Positions 32,066 through 42,642 of a stretch of 64,000 nt of DNA are shown here, piece after piece. The position numbers and the translations under genes were made by a program. Under the pieces are notes generated by a model, which was not told the origin of the DNA, did no database searches, and worked only from the letters and a program-made list of their open reading frames with translations. Where the stretch lies: NCBI GenBank assembly GCA_050951805.1, contig JBMNJT010000002.1:864001-928000 (forward strand), read 5' to 3'. Every line of letters starts with the position of its first letter. Position 1 is the stretch's first letter. This DNA is from Bacillota bacterium. Its GTDB lineage: Bacteria > Bacillota > DTU025.

Positions 32066-32938
32066 ATGGGTCAGACGCGTGGTAGAACGCTTTTTTTCAT
32101 TCCGGCCCTGGCATTGTTGGCTCTTTTTGTCGTTTATCCAGTAGCAAACACGATATGGTTGAGTTTTTTCACGCCGGAAGGCGAATTCGCATTCTTCAAG
32201 AATTATGCGGATGTCCTCTCTCAGCCGGAGATATTCGACCCGCGAGGGTTCGAACGGGGCTTCCCTTATGGGGCGTTGATTCACAACGTCATATGGATAG
32301 TGTTACACCTGCCCCTTACCGTGATATTGGGGTTGGTATTCGCAGTCATTCTCAGAGATATCAAGGGTGGAGCCATAGTCAAGTCAATAGTCTTTCTTGG
32401 AATGGTCACCCCCATGGTTGTGGGAGGCATAATCTTGAGATTCCTTTTTGATGGGAATGTCGGAATCATCCCATCAGTACTGGCCCTTTTCGGTTTTGCG
32501 CCGCGAACTCTCACAGCCTATCCGGATACCGCTCTCTTTTCCCTTATAGCCGGGTCGCTTTGGCTGTGGACTCCGTTCAGCATGGTGCTTTATTCGGCAG
32601 GCCTGGAGACTATACCTGACTTTGTGTATGAAGCCGCAGTGATAGACGGTGCTTCGCCTTGGAGGATATTTTTCAATATCACTGTGCCTTTGCTCAAACC
32701 AGTCACCGGTGTCGTGGTTACCATGACATTCCTGTGGGTTCTCAAGATCTTTGATATCGTTTTCGTTGCTACCATGGGAGGACCGGGAGGGGCGTCGAAC
32801 GTGCTGGCGTTGCAGATGTACATGTATGCCTTCCGTGAGTTCAATCCGAATGCCGCGGCCGTTGTGGCGACGTTCCTCATGATTGTAGCTCTTGTGGTGT
32901 CCATACCTACTTTCAAGGCTGCAGGGGGTGAAGAATGA
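32066..32938 (+). CDS. Sugar ABC permease (MalF-like)
   Basis: EAA motif 'YEAAVIDGAS.W..F..IT.PLL'. Confidence 0.92.
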   Translation: MGQTRGRTLFFIPALALLALFVVYPVANTIWLSFFTPEGEFAFFKNYADVLSQPEIFDPRGFERGFPYGALIHNVIWIVLHLPLTVILGLVFAVILRDIKGGAIVKSIVFLGMVTPMVVGGIILRFLFDGNVGIIPSVLALFGFAPRTLTAYPDTALFSLIAGSLWLWTPFSMVLYSAGLETIPDFVYEAAVIDGASPWRIFFNITVPLLKPVTGVVVTMTFLWVLKIFDIVFVATMGGPGGASNVLALQMYMYAFREFNPNAAAVVATFLMIVALVVSIPTFKAAGGEE

Positions 32939-33780
32939 TGAGAACCGTAGGATGCAGCAGTGGGCACAAAGTGATTACGTATGTGGCTGCTGGGCTCATA
33001 GCGCTCATATGGCTTATCCCTTTTTTGGGAGTCTTCATGGCCTCAATAAGGCCTTTGTCGGAGATAAACAGGGGATGGTGGAGGTTTGATTCGTTCACTC
33101 CAACCTTCAAAAACTATGTAGGCGCTTGGAATCATCCTGCAGCTCCGATTTCTGAGGGCATGCTTAACTCACTCAAGGTGGCGATTCCTGCCACTATCAT
33201 ACCTGTATTTGTAGCGTCGATCGCGGCATATGGATTTGCGCGTTTCAAATTCCGGGGGAGAGATCAGCTCTTCATTCTAGTCGTAGCGCTGATGACTTTG
33301 CCGCAGCAGATGATAGCGGTGCCGATGTTCCAGATGATGAACAAGCTTGGCGCGGTTGATTCGTATTCAGGCCTAATTCTGGTCCACTCGGCTTGGGGAA
33401 TTCCATGGGCCCTCTACTTCATGAGAAATTACTTTACCACGCTGCCCATTGAAGTGGAGGAAGCTGCGAAGGTGGATGGGGCATCAGATTGGAGGATCTT
33501 CTTCCAGATCATCATGCCCATGGCGCTTCCCGCCATCGCCTCGGCGGCGGTATTGCAGTTCATGTGGGTATGGAGCGATTTCTTTCTTGCGTTGATCCTC
33601 ATCTATTCGCCTGCGAAACTCCTTGCTACACAACGTGTGCCACTGCTTCGCGGGATCTACCATGTGGACTGGGGCATTCTAGCTGCAGGCAGCATAATCG
33701 TGATGGCTGTTCCTATTATTGTCTTCGCCGTCATGCAGAGATATTACATCAGAGGCATGGTCGGCTGGGTGTCAAAATGA
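32935..33780 (+). CDS. Sugar ABC permease (MalG-like)
   Basis: 'AYGFAR..F.GR' and 'EEAAKVDGAS'. Confidence 0.92.
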   Translation: MMRTVGCSSGHKVITYVAAGLIALIWLIPFLGVFMASIRPLSEINRGWWRFDSFTPTFKNYVGAWNHPAAPISEGMLNSLKVAIPATIIPVFVASIAAYGFARFKFRGRDQLFILVVALMTLPQQMIAVPMFQMMNKLGAVDSYSGLILVHSAWGIPWALYFMRNYFTTLPIEVEEAAKVDGASDWRIFFQIIMPMALPAIASAAVLQFMWVWSDFFLALILIYSPAKLLATQRVPLLRGIYHVDWGILAAGSIIVMAVPIIVFAVMQRYYIRGMVGWVSK

Positions 33781-33815
33781 CAGATTGTGATTACTAGGCT
33801 ATGGGAGGGCAATGT

Positions 33816-35072
33816 ATGTTCCGCAAAGTCGATTTCTTGGAAAAATCCCTTGACGACCATGCGCCATATGCAGGAGAAGACAGGATTGCCGAGATCAGAC
33901 GTCTTGCTGAAGACCTCGGCAGCCTGCGGGTGCTTCATGTAAATTCTACTTCTTACGGGGGAGGTGTGGCCGAACTTCTTTACACCATAGTCCCGCTGAT
34001 GCGCGATGCCGGACTTGACGCTGAGTGGCATGTGATCGATGGCGCGCCTGACCAGTTCTTTGATATCACAAAGAAGATACACAACTCCTTGCAAGGGGCA
34101 AACACTCCGCTGAGCGATGGCGAGTGGCGACTGTACGAGGACATAAACAGGGAGTTGGCCGAGGCATTCCCCAGAGGCCCTTGGGACATAGTAGTGGTCC
34201 ATGATCCCCAACCCTTGGCTGTGTTGACCTTCCTGGATTTGATTTCCGAATCAGATCGCCCCGTTGTTGGCAGGTGGTTTTGGCGATGCCACATCGACCT
34301 GTCAACGCCATTGGAAGAGACGTGGCAGAAGCTCTGGCCATACGTGAATGCATATGATGGAGCGATCGTTACGAGCCGGCAATACGCGCGGGACGAGATG
34401 ACGCTTCCGGTTGCTGAGATAACTCCGTCCACGGATCCCACTAGCCCAAAGAATTTCCCTATTCCAGAGGGCGAAGCAAGGAAAATGATGGGCTCATTTG
34501 GCGTAGATCCTGCTAGACCCATCATTGTGCAGGTATCAAGGTTTGATCCTTGGAAGGATCCGTTTGGCGTGGTGGAAGCGTATCGAATGCTCAAGGGAAA
34601 ATGGCCTGAGCTCCAACTTGCAATGGTCGGTTCTATCGCTGCCGACGACCCCGAAGGCATCGGAATACTTGCACACTTGAAAGAGGAGGCGGTTGGGGAC
34701 AGGAACATACATGTGCTGTCGAATGAGGACGGTGTCGGCGCGCGGGAGGTGGCTGCATTCCAGCAATGCGCAGATGTGGTCATACAAAAGTCTATCCGCG
34801 AGGGGTTTGGCCTTACGATAACTGAGGCTATGTGGAAGCGACGACCTGTTGTCGCAGGCAATGCCACTGGATGCAAGATTCAGATAACCGACGGCATGGA
34901 TGGTTTTATAGTTGGGACTACTCAGCAGTGCGCTGAAAGGATTGATGAGATACTGTCCGATCCGGACCTTGGGGCCAGGCTTGGTGACGCGGCTCGGGAA
35001 ACAGTGAGGCGAAGGTTTCTTTCAACGCAGCACGTTGCGAACTACCTGAACCTTTTCGCTGGTTGCCAATAA
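33816..35072 (+). CDS. treT: GT4 glycosyltransferase, trehalose synthase TreT-like
   Basis: 'HVNST..GGGVAE.L', 'TKKIHN.LQG', 'HDPQP', 'WRCHID', 'SRFDPWK', 'QKS.REGFGLT'. Confidence 0.85.
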   Translation: MFRKVDFLEKSLDDHAPYAGEDRIAEIRRLAEDLGSLRVLHVNSTSYGGGVAELLYTIVPLMRDAGLDAEWHVIDGAPDQFFDITKKIHNSLQGANTPLSDGEWRLYEDINRELAEAFPRGPWDIVVVHDPQPLAVLTFLDLISESDRPVVGRWFWRCHIDLSTPLEETWQKLWPYVNAYDGAIVTSRQYARDEMTLPVAEITPSTDPTSPKNFPIPEGEARKMMGSFGVDPARPIIVQVSRFDPWKDPFGVVEAYRMLKGKWPELQLAMVGSIAADDPEGIGILAHLKEEAVGDRNIHVLSNEDGVGAREVAAFQQCADVVIQKSIREGFGLTITEAMWKRRPVVAGNATGCKIQITDGMDGFIVGTTQQCAERIDEILSDPDLGARLGDAARETVRRRFLSTQHVANYLNLFAGCQ

Positions 35073-35291
35073 CCGGCCACATGTTTTGGTCAGAAGCCGT
35101 TGTTTAATTGCGTATGCTGCTCCAGGGTGATGATGTTGCGATGCTTTTCAATCTTGCCTGTGCATACCTTTGGTGCAATGTTCATTCAGCTCGAAACGTG
35201 CTGATCAGACATCTTACAGGCGCCACTGGCCAGATGCTGCAAGGGAGGTTGGTTAGGTCCGTTATATCCCCAACTGTTGTTTTATAGTCTC

Positions 35292-35345
35292 TTAGTAGGA
35301 CTCGACAAGTTTCTACACGATGCCGATGTCTGTGCTGCCTGCGGT
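35292..35345 (+). mobile_element. Second copy of an IS630-like element end (relic)
   Basis: TTAGTAGGACTCGACAAGTTTCTACACG matches the reverse complement of 43110-43137 (TAAGTAGGTCTCGATAAGTTTCTGCGCG) at 23/28. Colinear similarity continues to TGCCTGC.GT. Confidence 0.5.
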
Positions 35346-35697
35346 TGAAACTTGGATCACTCGATCTGGACAAGATGCTGCTTGTGATCGCTCAAGTATG
35401 CGACATGAAGCGTTTGAGCGCTCCCTGAAGCTACGCCGGATAGCAAATCGAAATTCAACAGTCATGCAAACGCCGCCGGAAGGCGGCTCGAGGGGTTTCA
35501 AGCTGTTTGGGTTTGGATGGGGGGGTACGTAGTTCGTGCGGAATGGTCCAATGCTAATTCTGAAGCATGCTGTTGTGGAAATTCAAGAAGGTCATGTGAT
35601 GATGATAATGACAGCGGTTGCTTCAGCATAAGAGTTTCAGACTGAGCGTGGAGAATTCAAAAACAGAAATTGCAGCCGCATTTTGTGCCGCCCCGCG

Positions 35698-35755
35698 AAA
35701 AGAACGCCTGACAGCTCGGACGCTGCAGATCCTCCGACTGATCAGGCGCTCTTTG
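35698..35755 (-). terminator. Terminator after pckA
   Basis: AAAAGAACGCCTGA...TCAGGCGCTCTTT inverted repeat. Confidence 0.6.
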
Positions 35756-35778
35756 TATGGCTGCACGAACCTCTCAGG

Positions 35779-37368
35779 TTACGCTTTTGGACCCGCAGAC
35801 GCTATTTCCGGCGATACATCATGGAATTTCCCAAAGTTCTTGTTAAACCGCGCCGCCAATCCTAATGCTGCTCGGTCATAGGCTTCCGCATCCTGCCATA
35901 GGCTCTTGGGGTCGAGTATGTCTGATGGCACTCCAGGACATTCCTTGGGCATCATCAGTTTGAAGATTGGATGAGCTCTATAGGATACGTGGTCCAAGGC
36001 TCCGCTGAGTGCGGCCGAAACCATTGCCCTAGTATGTTTGAGGCTTACGCGCCTGCCTACGCCGTATTGGCCGCCTATCCAACCGGTGTTTACCATGTAC
36101 ACGCTCGAGTTGTTCTGGGTGAGCTTATCGCCGAGCATTGAGGCATACACCATGGGTGGAAGGGGCATGAACGGAGCCCCGAAACATGAAGAGAACGTGG
36201 CTTCCGGTTCTACAATGCCGCGCTCGGTGCCTGCAAGCTTGCTTGTGTAACCCGACAGGAAGTAATACATGGCCTGGTTGGCGTCGAGCTTTGAGATTAG
36301 GGGCATGACGCCGAAAGCATCTGCCGTGAGGAAGATTATCGTTGAAGGATGATCTCCCATGCTTGGCTCGGCTGCGCTGGGCATGTGGTATATGGGATAT
36401 GCTGCGCGGGTGTTTTCAGTTATCGTGTCGTCGTCGTAGTCGGGAATGCGAGTCTTGGGGTCAACAACGACGTTTTCCAGGACAGTCCCAAACCGTATTG
36501 CGTCCCATATCTGCGGCTCATGCTCCCGCGAAAGGTTGATGCACTTGGCGTAGCAGCCGCCTTCTATGTTGAAGACTCCGTGTTTGCTCCAACCATGCTC
36601 GTCGTCGCCTATCAACTGCCTGTCAGGATCCGCTGACAGGGTAGTTTTTCCTGTACCTGAAAGGCCGAAGAAGAGGGCGCTACGTCCGTCGGGCCCAATG
36701 TTGGCAGAGCAGTGCATTGGAAGTACGTCCGCCTTTGGCATTACGTAGTTCATGACAGAAAAGACGGATTTCTTCATTTCGCCAGCATAACTCGTGCCTC
36801 CAATGATCACTACCCGCTTGGAGAAATTGATGATCACGAAAGCTTCTGAGTTTGTCCCGTCCATTTCAGGGTCGGCCTTGAATCCCGGAGCCGCTATTAC
36901 CGTGAACTCGGGCTTGTGTGATTTGAGTTGATCATCTGTCGGGCGTACAAAAAGTTGATGCGCAAAGAGATTTTGCCATGCGAACTCGTTGACCACGCGT
37001 ATTGGCAGTTCGTAAAGGGGATCGGTCCCTGCATAGCCGTCAAATATGAAGAGGTCGCGTCCTTGCAAGTAGGCGGCGAGACGTGCGTATAGCCTGATGA
37101 AGTTCTCTTCTGACATCGGCTTGTTGATCGGTCCCCAGTCGACGGTGGAGTGGGTTTCCGTATCGTCAACGATGAACTTGTCGTCAGGTGAACGCCCTGT
37201 ATACTTGCCTGTAACAACGCGCAGTGCTCCAGTGGACGTCAGTATACCTTCACCGCGAGCGAGCGCTTCTTCGGCAAGCTGTGGCGCGGAGAGATTATGA
37301 TGAACTAGTCCTGTATTGACCAGACCGATCGATCGAAGTTCTGAGATGATGTCCGTCACTATGCTCAC
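35779..37368 (-). CDS. pckA: Phosphoenolpyruvate carboxykinase (ATP)
   Basis: 'TGRSP.DKF', 'YAGEMKK', '[12 protein letters not shown]', 'IGDDEHGW', 'TENTRAAY'. Confidence 0.97.
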   Translation of the reverse strand: MSIVTDIISELRSIGLVNTGLVHHNLSAPQLAEEALARGEGILTSTGALRVVTGKYTGRSPDDKFIVDDTETHSTVDWGPINKPMSEENFIRLYARLAAYLQGRDLFIFDGYAGTDPLYELPIRVVNEFAWQNLFAHQLFVRPTDDQLKSHKPEFTVIAAPGFKADPEMDGTNSEAFVIINFSKRVVIIGGTSYAGEMKKSVFSVMNYVMPKADVLPMHCSANIGPDGRSALFFGLSGTGKTTLSADPDRQLIGDDEHGWSKHGVFNIEGGCYAKCINLSREHEPQIWDAIRFGTVLENVVVDPKTRIPDYDDDTITENTRAAYPIYHMPSAAEPSMGDHPSTIIFLTADAFGVMPLISKLDANQAMYYFLSGYTSKLAGTERGIVEPEATFSSCFGAPFMPLPPMVYASMLGDKLTQNNSSVYMVNTGWIGGQYGVGRRVSLKHTRAMVSAALSGALDHVSYRAHPIFKLMMPKECPGVPSDILDPKSLWQDAEAYDRAALGLAARFNKNFGKFHDVSPEIASAGPKA

Positions 37369-37604
37369 TTCCTGTTGCTAAAGTTGTTCATAGATTACCA
37401 CACCGAGTCGTCTGTCAGAAGTACTCGAATACGCGTCGGCCTTCTGCGGTTGGTCCCATTGAGGGACGGTGCTCGCCGTAGAGGGTTTGGAGTGGGCCGC
37501 CTATGAAGAGGCCGCCCTCGACGTGGGGCGGCACAACATAGGATATCGATCTTTTGCAGCGCGCCTCTTCACTGACGGTCATGCCATGCGTATGTTGCTC
37601 AAAA

Positions 37605-38177
37605 CTACCAGACTTTGCGGCGGTCGAGGAAATCCTGGACGATGTTGAGAGTCTCTCCGAATCTTTGAAAATGGACTACCTCGCGTTCACGCAGGAACCG
37701 CAAGACATCTGTTACTTGTGGATCGTCTGACAGATTAATCAAGTGTTCATAGGTTGCCCTGGCTTTTTCTTCAGCTGCCATATTATCATGCAGATCAGCT
37801 ATGGGGTCGCCCTTGGATTGGATGTAAGCGGCTACCCATGGGACTCCGTCTCCATTGACGAAGTAGACTGAACGGTCATGGTCTGCATAATAACCATCCA
37901 TCCCGGCTGCTTTGATCTCGCTGAGTGGAGCGCCCTTCAAAAGATTATACACTAGCGCTGCGACTATTTCCATATGCGCCAACTCTTCAGTGCCAATATC
38001 TGTAAGAACGCCCTTGGCCTGAGAAGTGGGCATTGTGTATCGTTGTGTTAGATAGCGCAGGGAAGCGGCTAGCTCTCCATCAGGGCCGCCATACTGGGTG
38101 ACCACAACCTTGGCTAGCTTGGGGTTCGGCCCGCTCACCTTGACGGGGTATTCCAGTTTCTTCTCATATGCCCACAT
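37605..38177 (-). CDS. cotJC: Spore coat protein CotJC (Mn-catalase family)
   Basis: 'MW.YEKKLEYPV', 'QYGGPDGEL.A', 'DIGTEELAH', 'REREVVHFQRFGE'. Confidence 0.95.
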   Translation of the reverse strand: MWAYEKKLEYPVKVSGPNPKLAKVVVTQYGGPDGELAASLRYLTQRYTMPTSQAKGVLTDIGTEELAHMEIVAALVYNLLKGAPLSEIKAAGMDGYYADHDRSVYFVNGDGVPWVAAYIQSKGDPIADLHDNMAAEEKARATYEHLINLSDDPQVTDVLRFLREREVVHFQRFGETLNIVQDFLDRRKVW

Positions 38178-38211
38178 TCCTATATCCTCCCCGTTTCATA
38201 TCTAGTCTTGC

Positions 38212-38469
38212 CTATGCTTCCCACGGCCACGGTTCGTCGATCCATGCCCATCGGCCGCAAGATAGCGAATGTCCGTAGTTCATAAGCGGACCGAAAGCCT
38301 GCTCGTAAGCCGTGCGCGTTTGGGCAAGAGCTGCGGATATCTGATTGAAGTCCGCTAGTGCTCTGGCATCTCCAGGATGGGTGTTGAGGTAAAGATTGAG
38401 ATCTAGTGCGGCGAATTCCAGAGCTTGAATGCGCAGAAGGAGTTCTTCGCGGTTGATCGGGGTTCGCAT
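38212..38469 (-). CDS. cotJB: Spore coat protein CotJB
   Basis: 'F...DL.LYL.THP.D..AL', 'YE..FGPL', 'W.WI..PWPWE'. Confidence 0.93.
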   Translation of the reverse strand: MRTPINREELLLRIQALEFAALDLNLYLNTHPGDARALADFNQISAALAQTRTAYEQAFGPLMNYGHSLSCGRWAWIDEPWPWEA

Positions 38470-38657
38470 TATCCTAACGCCTCCTCATGGCTGCGCGATG
38501 TCTCGGCAGGAGGCGTATAGGGCGACACTAGTTCGGGGAAGATGGTGCCATTCTTGAGGCCTTCTAACGGGTCGAAGCGTTGTGTGTATCTTTGAGGGCG
38601 CACATAGGCGCGAGCAAGTTTCATCGCTTGGGCCCATTCTAGACTATCTTGGCTCAT
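38469..38657 (-). CDS. cotJA: Spore coat associated protein CotJA
   Basis: 'LARAYV.PQ.Y', 'EGL..GTIFPEL..PY'. Confidence 0.9.
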   Translation of the reverse strand: MSQDSLEWAQAMKLARAYVRPQRYTQRFDPLEGLKNGTIFPELVSPYTPPAETSRSHEEALG

Positions 38658-38697
38658 TTTACTTTCCTCCCTGATTGCGTATGCGAATGCTCAGTCC

Positions 38698-38728
38698 ATA
38701 TTATTCAGGAGCTTTTCCGAGGGTATGA
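38698..38728 (-). promoter_or_regulatory. Sigma-E-type promoter of cotJABC
   Basis: Minus strand reads TCATA-N18-AATAATAT. cotJ is sigma-E dependent in B. subtilis. Confidence 0.55.
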
Positions 38729-38835
38729 TGCGACGCGCACATTTGATCCAGTTCGTGCTGGTGGAATCAATGCGTGAAGGAATCGCCGCATACAAGGTGA
38801 ATCATCTCGTTAGATGCTACGGGAGGGTGGTAGAG

Positions 38836-39720
38836 ATGATTAGGACTAACAGAGACAGGCTTGTAATGGTTTCGGTTCAGGGCGCTGTGGCGCCCCATGT
38901 GAGGAAACAGGCCTTCCGCATTGATGCCGATGGGGTTCCATTTGTTCTTCCTGGAGTTGGAGGAATCACGTACAATGTCAGGGTGGGTGATCCTGCATTC
39001 GGTTGGGCAGGTGACCATGTTGAACCAGGTGTCTCAACAGCTGCGGATTATGACAAGCGGGGAGATGAAAAGAACCGGGCTTATAATATCCTTGCATGCA
39101 TAGGGAATAAGGCTCGCGTGATAAGCGGGGACGCTAAGGGGGCGGAAGGGGTTGTAACCGGTCATCACGGAGGCATCGAACACGTGTTGGTGGACTTTGA
39201 TGATGATGCCATGGAGAAACTGGCTATAGATGACAAGATCCTGATCCGAGCTTACGGGCAGGGCCTTGAGTTGCTCGATTATCCGGAAATCAGAGTATTC
39301 AATGTAGATCCTGATCTGCTAGATCTGATTGGCCTTGAGCAAGATGGCACCCGCATCCGTGTGGGAGTTGCGGCTGTAGTGCCGGCGGTGCTGATGGGTT
39401 CGGGGATAGGATCTGCGGACGTGGCGTCCGGCGACTACGACATTACTACCACCGACAAGGCCGAGATCTCGCGGCTTGGTATTGATAAGCTGCGCTTTGG
39501 CGATATCGTAGCTCTGCAGGATTGTGATAACCTCTACGGACGGAGCTACCGGCAAGGCGCCGTAAGTATTGGTGTGGTGGTACACTCCGATTGTCGCGTG
39601 GCAGGGCACGGCCCTGGTGTGGCCACCATTATGACGTCGGCTAAGCCCACAATTGAACCGGTGATAGATGATTCGGCCAATATCGGCCGTTATCTGAATA
39701 TTGGAAGATACAGAAAATAA
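38836..39720 (+). CDS. DUF4438 domain protein
   Basis: 'PGVGGITYNV.VGD...GWAGDHVEPGVS', 'G.HGGIEH', 'GDYDI', 'HSDC..AGHGPG'. Confidence 0.8.
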   Translation: MIRTNRDRLVMVSVQGAVAPHVRKQAFRIDADGVPFVLPGVGGITYNVRVGDPAFGWAGDHVEPGVSTAADYDKRGDEKNRAYNILACIGNKARVISGDAKGAEGVVTGHHGGIEHVLVDFDDDAMEKLAIDDKILIRAYGQGLELLDYPEIRVFNVDPDLLDLIGLEQDGTRIRVGVAAVVPAVLMGSGIGSADVASGDYDITTTDKAEISRLGIDKLRFGDIVALQDCDNLYGRSYRQGAVSIGVVVHSDCRVAGHGPGVATIMTSAKPTIEPVIDDSANIGRYLNIGRYRK

Positions 39721-39815
39721 CGTTGCTCGGGAGAGACGGCCCGGCATGTCAACTCGGAAATCGGGAGTGAGCGCGCCGAGCCGCTACTATTTATTGGCTG
39801 GGGGGGAAGGTAAAG

Positions 39816-40856
39816 GTGGGAGTTTCAGCTGTAGGAAAGCTTCCCAAGGTAGAACTACACAGACATCTTGAGGGTGCTGTGCGGCCGGCCACTGCTCTAG
39901 ATCTTTTCCGCAAGAACTGCGGGATGTTTCTGGACGCGTCAGTCGACGATATCCTGCCCAAGATGCAGATAACTGAGGCCGACAGCTCTCTTCAGGATTT
40001 TTTGGCCAAATTCGACTTCTTCATGCCGTGCCTTCGTTCCGCAGAGGACATAACCCGAATAACTGTCGAGGCCATACAGGACTGCGCTGCTGAAGGAATA
40101 ATCTACGCAGAACTGCGATTCTCGCCCGTCTTCATCAAGGGGCTGACCGGACTTTCATATGTGGATGCGGTAGAGGCTGTTCTGGAGGGAGCGCGCATTG
40201 CGGCGGATTGTGGCCCGATTGTGAACTTCATTGTGATAATTCCTCAGCCTGCCGGGGAGAAAGCTGGCTGGGATAGTGTCAGGATTGCCCGTGACTACAT
40301 GGCTGATGGAATTACCGGCGTGGATATTGCAGATGACACAAGAGTGCTTGGCCTTGAGGAGTATGTGCGGCCTATGACATGGGCGCGAGCTAACGGACTG
40401 GGCGTCACGGTCCATGCAGGAGAATCAGAAGGGCCCGAGTCAGTGCGAACGGCTGTGGAGAGATTAGGGGCAACAAGGATAGGGCATGGCGTCAGAGCCA
40501 TAGAGGATGATGCTGTTGTCTCACTTTTAGCTGAAAAAGGGGTTCTTCTGGAGATCTGCCCCACCAGCAATGTGCACACCGGGATTTATGCTTCCGTCAA
40601 AGAGCATCCGCTGCCTGAACTCATCAAAAAGGGTGTTGCAGTGTGTATAAACACTGATGACCCCAAAATTTCCGGGATCACTTTGGTGGATGAGTATGAA
40701 CTGGCCAACGAGGTTTTGGGGTTGAGCGAATCCGAAATAGAGGACATGAACTTTAAAGCAATCGCGGCGGCTTTTGCAGATGATCGACAACGCGCAAGAG
40801 TGCGTTCCATTCTGGAGGGTGTCGCAAATTGTCATCGCAACAACAATCAGAACTAG
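39816..40856 (+). CDS. add: Adenosine deaminase family protein
   Basis: 'PKVELHRHLEG', 'YAELRFSP', 'HAGE', 'RIGHG', 'EICPTSN', 'NTDDP'. Confidence 0.92.
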   Translation: MGVSAVGKLPKVELHRHLEGAVRPATALDLFRKNCGMFLDASVDDILPKMQITEADSSLQDFLAKFDFFMPCLRSAEDITRITVEAIQDCAAEGIIYAELRFSPVFIKGLTGLSYVDAVEAVLEGARIAADCGPIVNFIVIIPQPAGEKAGWDSVRIARDYMADGITGVDIADDTRVLGLEEYVRPMTWARANGLGVTVHAGESEGPESVRTAVERLGATRIGHGVRAIEDDAVVSLLAEKGVLLEICPTSNVHTGIYASVKEHPLPELIKKGVAVCINTDDPKISGITLVDEYELANEVLGLSESEIEDMNFKAIAAAFADDRQRARVRSILEGVANCHRNNNQN

Positions 40857-42136
40857 AGTTTGACCCGAAACCTGAAGACCGAAGCGTGGTTCGGCACAAC
40901 ATCAGGGTCAACAACATGCACGGAATATGGGAAAGCCTCGCGCTCAATCTATACAGCCCATTCCTCGGGTTGCTTGCGATAAGGCTGGGCGCGAGCAATT
41001 TTCAGGTTGCCCTGATAACGGCGCTTCCGGCGGCCGTGTCTTCCGTAGCGAGCCTTGCCGGGGCCGCATTTCTCCGGCTCTTTGAAAGAAAGAAATCTGC
41101 GGCATGCTGGCTGATAATGGCCAATAGGGCATTCTTGCTCGCTATCGCCGCGCTTCCGCTTATCCCGCAGGAAAAACAGGCCTGGGTTTTTGTGGGTTTG
41201 GTGGCATTGATGAACGTGCCGGGCGCCATCAGCCACATAGCGTGGCAGAGTCTGGTGGCCGATACTATTCCCAAAGAATACAGGGGAGATGCGTTTGCGG
41301 AGAGAAGCCGTTTGGTGACGGCTGTCGGCATTATACCCGCGCTTCTCGGCGGGTATCTATGCGATTCGATGTCTTTCCCTATCGGATATCAACTGGTTTT
41401 CGTGGCGGCGTTCTTGGTTTCCCTGGTGGAAGTCAGTGTCTTGAGCAAGTTCCGCGAGCCTAGAAGAGTAGGCAATCCGCCTGCGGCCGGCGGCGGATCG
41501 CTGGATCCAGAGGCTGGCCGGCCGACGCTTGCACAGGTTCTTGCCAATAGGGGGTATGTCAGCTTTACGCTGAAGGCGATGATTTTCTACTTGGGCTGGA
41601 TGATGTCGCAGCCGCTTTTTACCATTTACTATGTTAGGGTGCTTGAGTGCGGAAGCCTATGGGTTGCCGTATTTTCGGTAGTTGCCAGCATTGCGCGGTA
41701 CTTGTCATTTCCTAAGTGGAGCAGGCGTGCAGCGAAAAAGGGCAATGCATGGGCGCTTGCCGCAGCCACGGCGGGAATGGCCTTGACGCCTGTGATGGTT
41801 GCGATGTCTCCTTGGGCGTGGCTTGTGGCGGTCTTCAATGTGTCGATGGGCTACTTTACATCCGGGACCACGCTCCTCATGCTCAATACTTTGTTGGAGA
41901 TGGTTCCGGAGAAGAACAGGACTTCGTTTATTGCCTATCACAACAGTGCAGTGAATCTTTCATCATTCATCGGACCCATCGTTGGCAAGACCCTTGTCGA
42001 CTCGTTCGATATCTACTGGGCACTTGGCATCAGCGCGATGATAAGGGCAGCGGGAAGCATTGGCTTTTTCCTGCTGGCCCGGACACTTATGTCTGATAGG
42101 CGCCATGCAGGCGCGCGAGGAGGAGAGTCATTTTGA
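40829..42136 (+). CDS. MFS transporter
   Basis: About 12 hydrophobic segments; 'A..LGAS...V', 'W....D.IP...RG', 'E..PE..R'. Confidence 0.85.
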   Translation: MSSQQQSELEFDPKPEDRSVVRHNIRVNNMHGIWESLALNLYSPFLGLLAIRLGASNFQVALITALPAAVSSVASLAGAAFLRLFERKKSAACWLIMANRAFLLAIAALPLIPQEKQAWVFVGLVALMNVPGAISHIAWQSLVADTIPKEYRGDAFAERSRLVTAVGIIPALLGGYLCDSMSFPIGYQLVFVAAFLVSLVEVSVLSKFREPRRVGNPPAAGGGSLDPEAGRPTLAQVLANRGYVSFTLKAMIFYLGWMMSQPLFTIYYVRVLECGSLWVAVFSVVASIARYLSFPKWSRRAAKKGNAWALAAATAGMALTPVMVAMSPWAWLVAVFNVSMGYFTSGTTLLMLNTLLEMVPEKNRTSFIAYHNSAVNLSSFIGPIVGKTLVDSFDIYWALGISAMIRAAGSIGFFLLARTLMSDRRHAGARGGESF

Positions 42137-42642
42137 GACCAAAGTCTAATGTGAGATACTATTGGATTTTCGCTGTGGTTTTGCTTGCTGGGTGTGCGCT
42201 TGCAAGTTGTTGGGGACGGAATGGGATGTCAGAGGCGAGTGCTGCAAGGTACGCATATCTCCCAGACTCGCTCAATGCCGATGCCGACGTATCGGTAGCC
42301 GAGTTTGCTGCAGTCAGATTCACTGCTTACTACAATTGCCCTGGAAATCTCACGTCAAGGCTAATGAGGCAGAGTGCTCGCTGTTTTTTAGGAACGAACT
42401 CGATTGACCTGTTTATTGATACTGTTACACAGGCCTACTGGAATACTCATGTAGCTGGTTCCAGGTTCTCTGTTGGCGATGATCAGGTAATCAAGGCATA
42501 CGCAGAAGCCGGTGATGTTGCAATGGACTGGCTGAGGCGGTTTTTCCCCGGCGTGGATGACAGGAATATGAGGATAATCTTCAGCATTAAGGGATATCAG
42601 ATAGGGGTGTACAGCTGCGGCGAATTCGTGATATCGAGATAA
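42133..42642 (+). CDS. Hypothetical lipoprotein
   Basis: Signal peptide with LAGC lipobox; start overlaps the MFS stop. Confidence 0.6.
   Translation: MRPKSNVRYYWIFAVVLLAGCALASCWGRNGMSEASAARYAYLPDSLNADADVSVAEFAAVRFTAYYNCPGNLTSRLMRQSARCFLGTNSIDLFIDTVTQAYWNTHVAGSRFSVGDDQVIKAYAEAGDVAMDWLRRFFPGVDDRNMRIIFSIKGYQIGVYSCGEFVISR

Noticed and set aside
22430-35700. Integrated island or prophage at the tmRNA 3' end
   Set aside because: No integrase and no duplicated tmRNA 3' end (att site) was seen in the window.
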